From positions 620,001-684,000 of the forward strand of contig BROI01000012.1 of the NCBI GenBank assembly GCA_027923505.1: DNA of 64,000 bases, given 5' to 3'. Positions 31,961-41,963 of the stretch are shown one piece after another (the stretch's first letter is position 1; each line of letters starts with the position of its first letter). This stretch comes from Mayamaea pseudoterrestris (taxonomy: Eukaryota). A program made the translations under genes and the position numbers. The notes beneath the pieces were generated by a model. The model was given only the letters and a program-made list of their open reading frames with translations. It did not search any database and had not been told where the DNA came from.

Positions 31961-32325
31961 TGACGTAGTTTTCACTGGCACTCGTTTCATATTATTGCCT
32001 TGTGACGTAGTTTTCACTGGCACTTGTTTCGCATTATTGCCTTTTGACGCAATTGACATTGGCACTCGTTTCGTACTATTGCCTTGTGACGTAATTGACA
32101 CTGGCACTTGTTTCATACTATTGCCTCATGACGTAATTGACACTGGCACTCGCTTCGTGTTATTGTCTCATGACGTAGTTTCACTGTCTTTCGTTTCATA
32201 TTATTGCCTTATGACGTAATTGACACTGGCACTTGTTTCGCATTATAGCCTTATGGCGTAATTGACACTGGCACTTGTTTTTTACTATTGCCTCGTGACG
32301 TAATTGACACTGGCACTTGTTTCAT
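31961..32325. repeat. 42-bp minisatellite, ~8-9 units
   Basis: tgacgtaattgacactggcacttgtttc... in tandem, lying between divergently transcribed genes. Confidence 0.92.
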
Positions 32326-32439
32326 GTTTAACCCCTGTCTGAATGTCGCGGCCTGTTGCCGATCTGGGCAGGCATCCGGGCGGCATACCTCGTTCATCAT
32401 CCATTGTTGCTTCCACCATGAACTACCTCGAAACAAACG

Positions 32440-34368
32440 ATGAATCATTGTAGCGCGCAATCCGTCATCTCTGGATTACATGGCCGAGAGCGTCGACAAG
32501 AACGCAACATTTCCAAGGATGATGGTAAGCTGGCGAAACGGTTTGGCATGAAGGAGTCGGCAGGAGGGTCGGAAGGTCTCGTCAAATATACCCACAAGGG
32601 AAATGTCTTCGTAATGAATCCTAGCGAAAATAAAGAAGTAACTTGCTACGTGAGCAACGACTATGCGTCACCATTCTCGGGGACGAGACGCACCGAACCA
32701 CTGTTTGTTCCCATGAAGCAGTGCTCGGGGCACAAGGAAGCTTGGCGCATGCTAAAGGATTATTCGACTCATACCATCTTTCTAGTCGACATGTCGTCGC
32801 TCATGAGACAGGATGACTTGGATGGAGCAAGGTGTCGATCGGACGGCATGTTTTACTCACTCGCCACCGGTTTTGTGGAATCTGCCTTGGAGCACAAAAA
32901 TTGCAATCAAGTTGTTAGCGTTATTCTCATGCATGACTCAAAGACAACAATTTACATGCGAAAGAAGCCCATGACCGAGACTATTTATAATCAGATTATC
33001 AATTTGAGGGAGTGGAATACCTTTCGGCCCAATGGCGACTGTGATTACGTTGATGCCCTGCGAACGGCAAGACGAATCATGAGGAAGTCGCTGCCTGGCT
33101 GTCAATTCAATTTATGCATTATTGCAAATGACGTTGCAATGGCACCAATACAAAATGATATAACAAACGGCTCGGCTCATCTTGTTGAAGGAAATATGTT
33201 GAAAATGATTACGAAAGTCGCACGAGAATTTTCGCGACGACTCTTTATGAACTGCATTGGAATCGGCCATGAGTCCGATTCCTTTACTGTACTCAAACGT
33301 ATGATGGCGAAAGCAAGACAACTGGCTCTTAAGTGCAATTTTCATCGGTGCAATCTGGATGTTCATTCTCTGTCCGAGGCACTGTCAATTTTGGGGCGAG
33401 CCAGTGCGGATGGTGCGACTTCTGCTCCGACACTACACCGCCCCCACCTCCCTAGAACCATTGCTAAGGCATATACATGGAATGCAGCAACAAGTGACTA
33501 TGAATTGCTCATCGATCGCCGATGCCAATCCTGTTATGTACTTGTTGGAGACGAGTCGCTCACGGCTGACCTACAACACGGCTGGAAATGCGCGAGCTGC
33601 CAGGCTTGCTTCTTTTGTGTCGCCTGCATGAACCATTTTACGTGGCACCTGGGGTCTCCACAATGCATAAAAGCGGCATCAAAACATGAGGACATGGTTC
33701 AGGCAACGATTCCGTCATACTCAGTTTTGATACAATATGATGCGCCGATTCATTACGTCGCATTTTCCGGTCGACAGCTGCGTTTCATAGATCAGAATGC
33801 TCAAGTGATTGAATCATGCTTTACCAGTCGCGAACTTAGTGGAAGCAACTTCGATCAAGTTGGGGTTGTATTGATGAATGAAATCAAACGTCTAGGGCAA
33901 ACGCGAGCTGTAATTGCGGAGTTCGCCGGTCGCTTTAACGCAGAACTCGACAGGCGACAGCCGCATCATCATTACTTACGACTGCGAGTTGCTCTTCCAA
34001 TAATTATAGAGATTGAGGGCGGATGTTGTTATTTGGCGAGCGAGCAAGGACCATGCGACAAGGTGGTAAGCGATTCAGCTTACGTTGGCGACACGAGAGA
34101 ACTTCTTGACGCTTTCACCCACTACACATACGCAAGAAGCAACAATACTTATCTGGCTGTGGCAACAACCGACATTCCAGCGTTACAAGCGAATCAGCTA
34201 CTTTTGAAGAATGTCATACTCTACGCAAAGTCTAAATTATCAATTTCGGACGATATCATGACTTTTAATGCGTATGAAAGTTATTATCGACAGTCGCATG
34301 ATTGCAACAAAGTGTGTCATAGCCTTGGACTGTCAGTAAGTGGTCGACTCAGAAACCTTTATATATGA
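32440..34368 (+). CDS. vWA domain + Cys/His zinc-finger + degenerate alpha-kinase (eEF2K/MHCK-like) protein
   Basis: HTIFLVDMSSLMRQDD (vWA/MIDAS-like), CQSC...CASC..C..C..C...H...C, and LDAFTHYTYARS...SHDCNKVCHSLGL (alpha-kinase C-terminal Zn site). Confidence 0.75.
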   Translation: MNHCSAQSVISGLHGRERRQERNISKDDGKLAKRFGMKESAGGSEGLVKYTHKGNVFVMNPSENKEVTCYVSNDYASPFSGTRRTEPLFVPMKQCSGHKEAWRMLKDYSTHTIFLVDMSSLMRQDDLDGARCRSDGMFYSLATGFVESALEHKNCNQVVSVILMHDSKTTIYMRKKPMTETIYNQIINLREWNTFRPNGDCDYVDALRTARRIMRKSLPGCQFNLCIIANDVAMAPIQNDITNGSAHLVEGNMLKMITKVAREFSRRLFMNCIGIGHESDSFTVLKRMMAKARQLALKCNFHRCNLDVHSLSEALSILGRASADGATSAPTLHRPHLPRTIAKAYTWNAATSDYELLIDRRCQSCYVLVGDESLTADLQHGWKCASCQACFFCVACMNHFTWHLGSPQCIKAASKHEDMVQATIPSYSVLIQYDAPIHYVAFSGRQLRFIDQNAQVIESCFTSRELSGSNFDQVGVVLMNEIKRLGQTRAVIAEFAGRFNAELDRRQPHHHYLRLRVALPIIIEIEGGCCYLASEQGPCDKVVSDSAYVGDTRELLDAFTHYTYARSNNTYLAVATTDIPALQANQLLLKNVILYAKSKLSISDDIMTFNAYESYYRQSHDCNKVCHSLGLSVSGRLRNLYI

Positions 34369-34467
34369 CACGCAACAATCAACACAAGAATAATTGGCAG
34401 GCGCCAGAAGCCACTGGCGATCGGGTGTTAATCATACGCACACCTTGTTCGCGCATTTGCGTGAGAA

Positions 34468-36059
34468 TCATACGCACACTTTGTTCGCGCATTTGCGTGA
34501 GCCGCAACAGTCATTAGAAACGGTGCATCGGCGCAGCCTTTTGCGGCATCGGGAGCACCGGCTAGATCCACTGGCGCGTTTGATACATTTGAGCGCGTTA
34601 CAGCAGTCTTGAGTAGCGGAGCATTTGCTTGCTACTGGAGAGCAAGTTTTTCCGCCGACAGCAAGGATTGTTAAAGGTACATCCTTGCCGCAATATGAGC
34701 GTCCGAAGCCGATACTGATCACCATCGCATCAACATCTAAATCAGCGTTATACACGCGCCGACAGACTGTGACGATCATTTGGCGGCCAGACCCTTGGTA
34801 GTTGTTGTCAACAAAGCGTCCACCAACGCCTAAACCTGCTACGCTATTGCTGTACAATGAGCCGTCTTGGGTTATGGTAACAAGATCAGCTTTTGCCTGA
34901 GTGTGCAAGTTGAAACCTTTCGCGCGATTGTATTGAATGGCATAGTTCCCCACCGTGATCAAGACAGGACTGTTGGTTGCCTTGCGATAGTCTGCGAAGG
35001 AAGTGAGTTTAACCTTCACACCACCTTCGAATGGATTAACGTCTATCTTGCGATTTTTGTACCAGCCGAGCTGATTATTTTTGATGCCATTGAAGCACAT
35101 CAGAGGCCAATCGGTCGACGTATAAGAAAATCCCTGCGTGAGAGCCTAGTGTGAGAGCTTGCTATCGGTTGTTGCTTACTATGAATGTAACCACGTACCA
35201 TGAACCCTGTAGCGTCACCGTATGATTGAGAACCAAGTCCTGAATGCAGCAGACCAAGTGAATGGCCCATTTCGTGCATGAGTGCAGACAGCGATGTGCA
35301 CCAAGTATCCTTCATATTCAAACGCCACCCGTTCACTACCGCCACTGAGGTCCATTCCAAATTGTCAGGAGGCTGGCAAAAGATGACCTTGTCCGCAAGG
35401 TCGGTCATCGAATCTGCATTTAGAATATCCAAGACCTTTGCTTCGGATGCAGCTGCGAGGTCCGCGGGCGACGTATAATATGAACGCTGACGGGGGAGCG
35501 TGATTTCCATCGCTCGCGCTTCGCGAAACCGGAGCTTGCCAAAGGAGCATGCTTTGTACTGTGACGCCATGCTAGTTCCTGTCCCAAGAATGTGTGTTCT
35601 GAGGTCATTTAAACTCGCGGAAGGTGCGTATCCATCGCTGCTCGATACTCGGACAATCATCACCGACAACGTTCCGGTCGTCGTCAAGGTGGTAGCGACC
35701 GCATTTGATGGTTGATACTCGGCAATTGTAAATGTGGAATTGGTAGCCAAATCAAGCTCATACTCTCCATAAAGTGACGCATGTTCGGCGTGAACATACA
35801 AGGTGCCATTCAGTAATCGACGTTCAGCGGACGCATCCATCATGTCTTGAGGCAGTTCGATTGGCACAATGGCGTCGCTCTCGGTGCCATCATCCATAAC
35901 GGGGATGCAGAGCGTTTCCATCGATGCTGCGGCTGTGACGACGCGACAGAGAAGCTTTTTGTTGGTTGCATGCGAGGAAGCCGTATCTTTGCTTGTCTCA
36001 TGGCCGCTCACCACCAGAAGAAGCATTGCACCCAGGATCAAAAGTGGAAATCGCGTCAT
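34468..36059 (-). CDS. Secreted M11 (gametolysin-like) metzincin with C-terminal knottin-like Cys repeats; exons 36059-35199 and 35133-34468
   Basis: Signal peptide, SQYKACSFGKL, HEMGHSLGLLHSG...YGDATGFM|GFS...P.MCFNG.K..QLGWY, and two C..C...CC...C repeats. Confidence 0.88.
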
Positions 36060-36328
36060 TGTACTCGTAGTACCTTTATTGAAACATAATGGGCGGATGA
36101 GCCTATTTGTGCAGCGTGGATATAGCCCATGGCTTTCGCCGCGATGGCTTCACGCTGATTATCCACGCTGCGAGCTGGTCTCGTTATAACGCAGCGGAAG
36201 GTGCGCTGTATGTACGAGTTCAAGCAACCAAAGTCGAATAATACGTACGGAAGAGGTGCTTTTGCATGCCACAAAGATAGCTAAAAATGTCAATAATCAT
36301 ATCAGTGGCATACTATTATTGAAACGAT

Positions 36329-37473
36329 CTATTCGACAATGCTCCACAATACTTCCTCGCCAGCTCGCAGAGGCGTCACCGTCTGCTCGTTTCCAAACTG
36401 CATTGACTTTGGAACAGTCCAGCTTTTCTTCTCTAGCACTAGTGTGTCTGTCGACCGCGAAAGGCCATAATGATCCGCTCCAAACGAGCTGCAAAAGTCT
36501 TCCAGCTTGTCCAAGGCACCGAATCGATCAAAGGCTTCTGCATACAATTCCACAGCGGCATGAGCCGAAAATACGCCGGCGCATCCACAGGCCGACTCTT
36601 TACGCGTCGTGGCGTGCGGCGCCGAGTCGGTGCCAAGAAAGAATTTCGGACTGCCTACAGTGGCAGCCTCGAGGAGCGCCTGTCGATGGACTTCGGCTTT
36701 TAGAATGGGAAGGCAGTACAAGTGAGGACGAATGCCACCCACAAGCATGTCTGCGTGTCACAAGATGTATGAGTAAATGAAATGTCAAATGTGCGTGCTC
36801 TTGCCTTATAAATGATGCACTTACGATTTCTGTTGTATAGCAGGTGGTGGCATGTAATGCTCGCCTTGACAGTGTCAGGAGCGCTCTTGACATACTCAAC
36901 CGCCTCCTTTGTGGAAATATGCTCCATTGTAATCTTGAGTGTTGGAAAATCATTGACGAGTGGCTTCATGACTCGCTCAATGAAGATTGGTTCACGCTCG
37001 AATATGTCAGCGTCCGTGACTTCGGAGTGAATGCAAAGCATCATGTTTTGACGATTGAGCTCCTTGAGCGCGTCATAGCAGTTGCGAATATCCGTCACGC
37101 CAAAGTCACTGTTAGTCGTTGCGCCTGCTGGGTAGTACTTGCAGCCGACAATGCCTGCTTGAGCTGCTTTGGTGATTTCGTCAGCCGTTGTTTTATCCGT
37201 TAAGTATAGCGTCATGAGCGGCTCCATGGTGCTGCCGTCTGGCAACGAGTCAGTAATATGCTGCTTGTATTCAAGTGCCTGCTTTGTAGTAGTCACTGGA
37301 GGAACCAAGTTGGGCATGATCAAGCATCGTCCAAACCGCTTGCATGCGTGTTGGAGAATCAACTTGGTTTGCAATCCGTCGCGAGCATGGTGGTGAAAGT
37401 CATCCGGCAGGCGAATCGTGACGCGAGTTCCGGGAGCAGAGACACCAACTGGAGTCTCATTGTGTAAAGACAT
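36329..37473 (-). CDS. pyrC: Dihydroorotase (homodimeric E. coli PyrC type); exons 37473-36825 and 36750-36329
   Basis: [79 protein letters not shown]. Confidence 0.95.
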
Positions 37474-37728
37474 GTCAATATTGTAGATGTAGAATTAAAC
37501 GGTAGACTTGGGACATGGAGAGATTAGTCGACCAAGCAATGCATTGTGTCGGCAGGTAGGCAAAGATCTTCATGGTTGTCACGCGAAGGAAGCATTCAGT
37601 ACCGGTGCGATGATTGATGATTGATGCAGCCGCTGCAACAATCGTGAAGATCTTTGTCGTCACTGCGATGCTGCTCTCTCTATATCTTTGCAACGAGCGT
37701 AGCATTCACTTAATGACGAAATGCAACA

Positions 37729-39171
37729 ATGGATGGATTTGACTGGATGAACGATTGTAGCGACGGCGATGACCAAGGCAATGACGCTGACGCCGACGAC
37801 AAGTCACAATCGTCGTCCTCGTCCTCTTCCAGCATTACCTCTTCCTCGCATCCTCGGCCGTCCCTTTCACAATGCACTCGCGAGGACGATTCTGATATAT
37901 TCTTGCTAGCTCCAGCAGTCATTCCCGAACAACCGGAAATTAGTTCAGACGAAGTCCTTCGACGAATTGAAGACTTTGCTGCAAGCTTCATTGATCAACT
38001 CGACAATTCGCACTCATTCCCAATGCTGCAAAGCTACAATGATCCGGCTGCGACAACTGACAACGACGACGACATGCCTGCCATGAAACAAATCAGCAAA
38101 CGCTTCACTGCCCTCCATCAGTCACGATCCTATACGAGCATTTGGTTAGTCCTTTCCTTTTGTCACTCCTTGCTGCGCTCCAATCGCACCGCCACCAACC
38201 GCGAAGTGTACTACCACTATGTCACTCACTTTCGCAAGCAGCGCGAGTGCGATGCGGCTATTTTGGATGTTGCCTTGTTGCTGCAGGTTCCACGCATGGC
38301 GCTTGGTCTAAAGGCGTCTCCCAAGGGATGGTACTGTGGTTGCGTGTTGCTTATCAGTGACAATGTTCATGACAGCAAAGACGGTAGCGACAAAGAAAAC
38401 GTTGGTGAAAGAAAAGAAGAAAACATTCTTTGCGACGGCCGCAAGCTATCCAGTCCCAATGGCTTTCCCGTTACATCCGAGTGGCTCATGGGTAAGCATC
38501 GGCGCAACTTTACCATTCGCTCCACGAACGAGTGCATTTGCATTCTCGTCATTGAAAAGGAGGGTGTCTACAATCGTCTAGCGGAGGATCGCTTCTTTGA
38601 CAATTATCCATGCGTCTTGGTCTGTGGCAAGGGCTTTCCCGACTTGGCGACGCGAGCGTGCGTCTACACGCTCTCCAATGAACTGGACTTGCCAGTATGG
38701 GGTGTCGCGGATTGTGATCCATATGGAATACTGGTCTTACATTGCTACATGTATGGCAACAATGCGCAGCTGGGCGTTGATGGAGGGTCTCGGTATGGAG
38801 TTCCCATTCAGTGGGTTGGATTACGACCGTCGCAAGTTCCGCACATTGCCACGGACAAGAACGAGCTTCCAAGTCAATGTCTCATGGAATTGACGGACAA
38901 GGATCGCAAGGTAGTGGAGTCTATATTGGCACGAGAGGATCATCGTTGGACAAACTTTGGCGACAACGATCGACGCGTTGCTGAAATGGAAACCATGCTG
39001 GAAGATGGGTATAAGGTGGAGCTCGAGGCATTCAACTGGATTGGCATGGACTACTTTTCCGAGTGGCTCGGCAAGATTTTCGAGCACTATTTACAAGTAA
39101 ATAAGCCAAATTCTGATGCAGGAGACTCTGAAATTGATGTCGAACAACTTGGATGGATGGAGATTATCTAA
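37729..39171 (+). CDS. SPO11: SPO11 / topoisomerase VI subunit A family (probably the meiotic SPO11-2 type)
   Basis: REVYY (catalytic Tyr), ASPKG, IEKEGVY.RL, GKGFPDLATR, ADCDPYG (TOPRIM DxD), GLRPSQ, KVELEA. Confidence 0.92.
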   Translation: MDGFDWMNDCSDGDDQGNDADADDKSQSSSSSSSSITSSSHPRPSLSQCTREDDSDIFLLAPAVIPEQPEISSDEVLRRIEDFAASFIDQLDNSHSFPMLQSYNDPAATTDNDDDMPAMKQISKRFTALHQSRSYTSIWLVLSFCHSLLRSNRTATNREVYYHYVTHFRKQRECDAAILDVALLLQVPRMALGLKASPKGWYCGCVLLISDNVHDSKDGSDKENVGERKEENILCDGRKLSSPNGFPVTSEWLMGKHRRNFTIRSTNECICILVIEKEGVYNRLAEDRFFDNYPCVLVCGKGFPDLATRACVYTLSNELDLPVWGVADCDPYGILVLHCYMYGNNAQLGVDGGSRYGVPIQWVGLRPSQVPHIATDKNELPSQCLMELTDKDRKVVESILAREDHRWTNFGDNDRRVAEMETMLEDGYKVELEAFNWIGMDYFSEWLGKIFEHYLQVNKPNSDAGDSEIDVEQLGWMEII

Positions 39172-39266
39172 TGTTGCTCTTTGTTCTTGTTTGTATCGAC
39201 ATGTCATTCCTGCATAAACATAATGCACATATATTATGATTGAGCATTGTTTTACATTACTGCACT

Positions 39267-41568
39267 CTGTACCATTTAGTCAGCCGCAAGCCAACCTGCA
39301 AACTAATGGTACCACTTAGTCCACCTGCAAACATACTGTACCAATTAGTCAGTGTGCCACAAGCCAACCTGCAAACTAATGGTACCACTTAGTCTGCCCG
39401 CACACGTACTGTACCCATTAGTCAGCCGCAAGCCAACCTGCAAACTAATGGTACCACTAAGTCCGCCCTCAAACGTATTGTACCAATTAGTCAGCCACAA
39501 GCCAACCTGCAAACTAATGGTACCACTTAGTCCGCCCGCAAACGTACTGTACCAATGAATCAGCCGCAAGCCAACCTGCAAACTAGTGGTACCACTTAGT
39601 CCGCCCGCAAACGTACTGTACCCATTAGTCAGCCGCAAGCCAACCTGCAAACTAATGGTTCCACTTAGTCAACCCGCAAACGTACTGTACCAATTCGTCA
39701 GCCGCAAGCCAACCTGCAAACTAAGGGTACCACTTAGTCCGCCCGCAACTGTACTGTACCCAGTAGTCAGCCGCTAGCCAACCTGCAAACTAATGGTACC
39801 ACTTAGTCCGCCCGCAAACGCACTGTACCTATTAGTCAGCCGCAAGCCAATCTGCAAATTAATGGTACCACTTAGTCCGCCCGCAAACGTACTGACCCAT
39901 TAGTCAGCTGCAAGCCAACCTGCAAACTAATGGTACCACTTAGTCCGCCCGCAAACGTACTGTACCCATTAGTCAGCCGCAAGCTAACCGGCAAACTAAT
40001 GGTACCATTTAGTCCGCCCGCAACTGTACTGTACCCATTAGTCAGCCGCAAGCCAACCTGCAAACTAATGGTACCACTTAGTCCACCCGCAAACGTACTG
40101 TACCAATGAGTCAGCCACAAGCTAACCTGCAAACTAATGGTACCACTTAGTCCACCCGCAAACGTACTGTACCCATTAGTCAGCCACAAGCCAACCTGCA
40201 AACTAATGGTACCACTTAGTCCACCCGCAAACGTACTGTACCCATTAGTCAGCCGCAAGCCAATCTGCAAATTAATGGTACCACTTAGTCTGCCCGCAAA
40301 CGTACTGTACCCATTAGTCAGCCGCAAGCCAACCTGCAAACTAATGGTACCACTTAGTCCGCCCGCAAACGTACTGTACCAATGAGTCAGCAGCAAGCCA
40401 ACCTGCAAACTAATGGTACCACTTAGTCTGCCCGCAAATGTACTGTACCAATTAGTCAGCCGCAAGCCAACCTGCAAACTAATGGTACCACTTAGTCCGC
40501 CCGCGAACGTACTGTACCCATTAGTCAGCCGCAAGCCAACCTGCAAACTAATGGTACCACTTAGTCTGCCCGCAAATGTACTGTACCCAACCGACGCCAA
40601 CTAGCGTGCCATTAAGGTGCTGTCGACCCCATTAGTCAGCCGCAAGCCAACCTGCAAACTAATGGTACCACTTAGTCCGCCCGCAAACGTACTGTACCAA
40701 TGAGTCAGCAGCAAGCCAACCTGCAAACTAATGGTACCACTTAGTCTGCCCGCAAATGTACTGTACCAATTAGTCAGCCGCAAGCCAACCTGCAAACTAA
40801 TGGTACCACTGTACCAATTAGTCAGCCGCAAGCCAACCTGCAAACTAATGGTACCACTGTACCAATTAGTCAGCCGCAAGCCAACCTGCAAACTAATGGT
40901 ACCACTTAGTCCGCCCGCAAACGTACTGTACCCATTAGTCAGCCGCAAGCCAACCTGCAAACTAATGGTACCACTTAGTCCACCCGCAAACATACTGTAC
41001 CCAATAGTCAGCCACAAGCGAACCTGCAAACTAATGGTACCACTAAGTCTGCCCGCAAACGTACTGTACCAATTAGTCAGCCGCAAACTAATGGTACCAC
41101 TTAGTCCACCCGCAAACGTGCTGTACCCATTAGTCAGCCGCAAGCCAACCTGCAAACTAATGGTACCACTTAGTCCGCCCCCAAATGTACAGTCAGCCGC
41201 AAGCCAATGCTTGGTCTGCACGCAAACGTACTGTACACTTAGTCAGCCGCAAAAACTGCGCCAATTAGTCAGCCATGGCAACCTGCAAACTAATGGCACC
41301 ACTAATCCCACCTGTCATTAGTCAATGCAAGCCAGCCTGCAATAATGGTACCATGAATCCGCCCGCAACGTGCAAACTAATGGTACCACTGAGTCCCATC
41401 TTAAAACGTATTGTACCCATTAGTCAGCCGCAAGCCAACCTGCAAACTAATGGTACCACTTAGTCCGCCCGCAAACGTATTGTACCCATGAGTCAGCCGC
41501 AAGCCAACCTGCAAACTAATGGTACCACTTAGTCCACCCGCAAACATACTGTACCCATGAGTCAGCCG
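39267..41568. repeat. 69-bp satellite array, ~33 units
   Basis: Unit ttagtcagccgcaagccaacctgcaaactaatggtaccacttagtccgcccgcaaacgtactgtaccca. Confidence 0.97.
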
Positions 41569-41963
41569 TAACACCGTTGACGATTTCGCAGTCAACGTCT
41601 TACCTCCAAAAAGCTCCGATACAGGGTCCTTGGCCACGGTCTGTACAGCTCTTGATGGAGATGGCTCATCGAATAGTCTTGCGCTCGCCACTACACGAAT
41701 ACGACTGCACTCTTGTCGCAAACTAGTAGTTCTATATTGTGAGCTTATCGCTACATCGCTACATCGACCACTCGGAAGATCATCCAATCAATCCGTTTCT
41801 TTCAATCACATTACATCAGTCGTAATCGCTCATTCCATTCATACAACGCATCCACACGACGGTTGCGCACTTTCTTCATTCACATGTCACATACGACAGC
41901 TGCGGACTCGACACAAGCTAATTAGGGTTCGGGCTCTTGACTTCGCCGCTCTGCGACTTGTCA
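41569..41963 (-). repeat. 3' LTR (starts TGACAAG after the PPT; terminal ~8 nt missing)
   Basis: PPT at 41964-41971. Matches 47871-48191 and abuts the satellite without the AATTAACA end. Confidence 0.85.

Larger units (their letters stand above)
29482..41568. repeat. Segmental duplication, copy A (~12.1 kb)
   Basis: Collinear with 48192-60589 at an offset of ~18.7 kb. Confidence 0.95.

Noticed and set aside
31644..32219. ORFs with PCDVIDTGT repeats (also 14530-14718 and 50578-50943)
   Set aside because: These are translations of the 42-bp minisatellite.
36329..37473. Bacterial contamination or recent HGT for pyrC, mnmG or NFACT
   Set aside because: pyrC has a spliceosomal intron, the others have eukaryotic N-terminal extensions, and all sit among intron-bearing genes of similar composition.
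39345..41321. 23-aa-repeat ORFs in the 69-bp arrays (also 57921-60714)
   Set aside because: They follow from a stop-free unit divisible by 3. Frames break at random indels and there is no unique coding flank.
39267..41568. Possible CRISPR array
   Set aside because: Units are head-to-tail with no unique spacers, there are no cas genes, and the context is eukaryotic. The isolated non-repeat inserts (~40590-40627, ~59517-59538) look like read noise.
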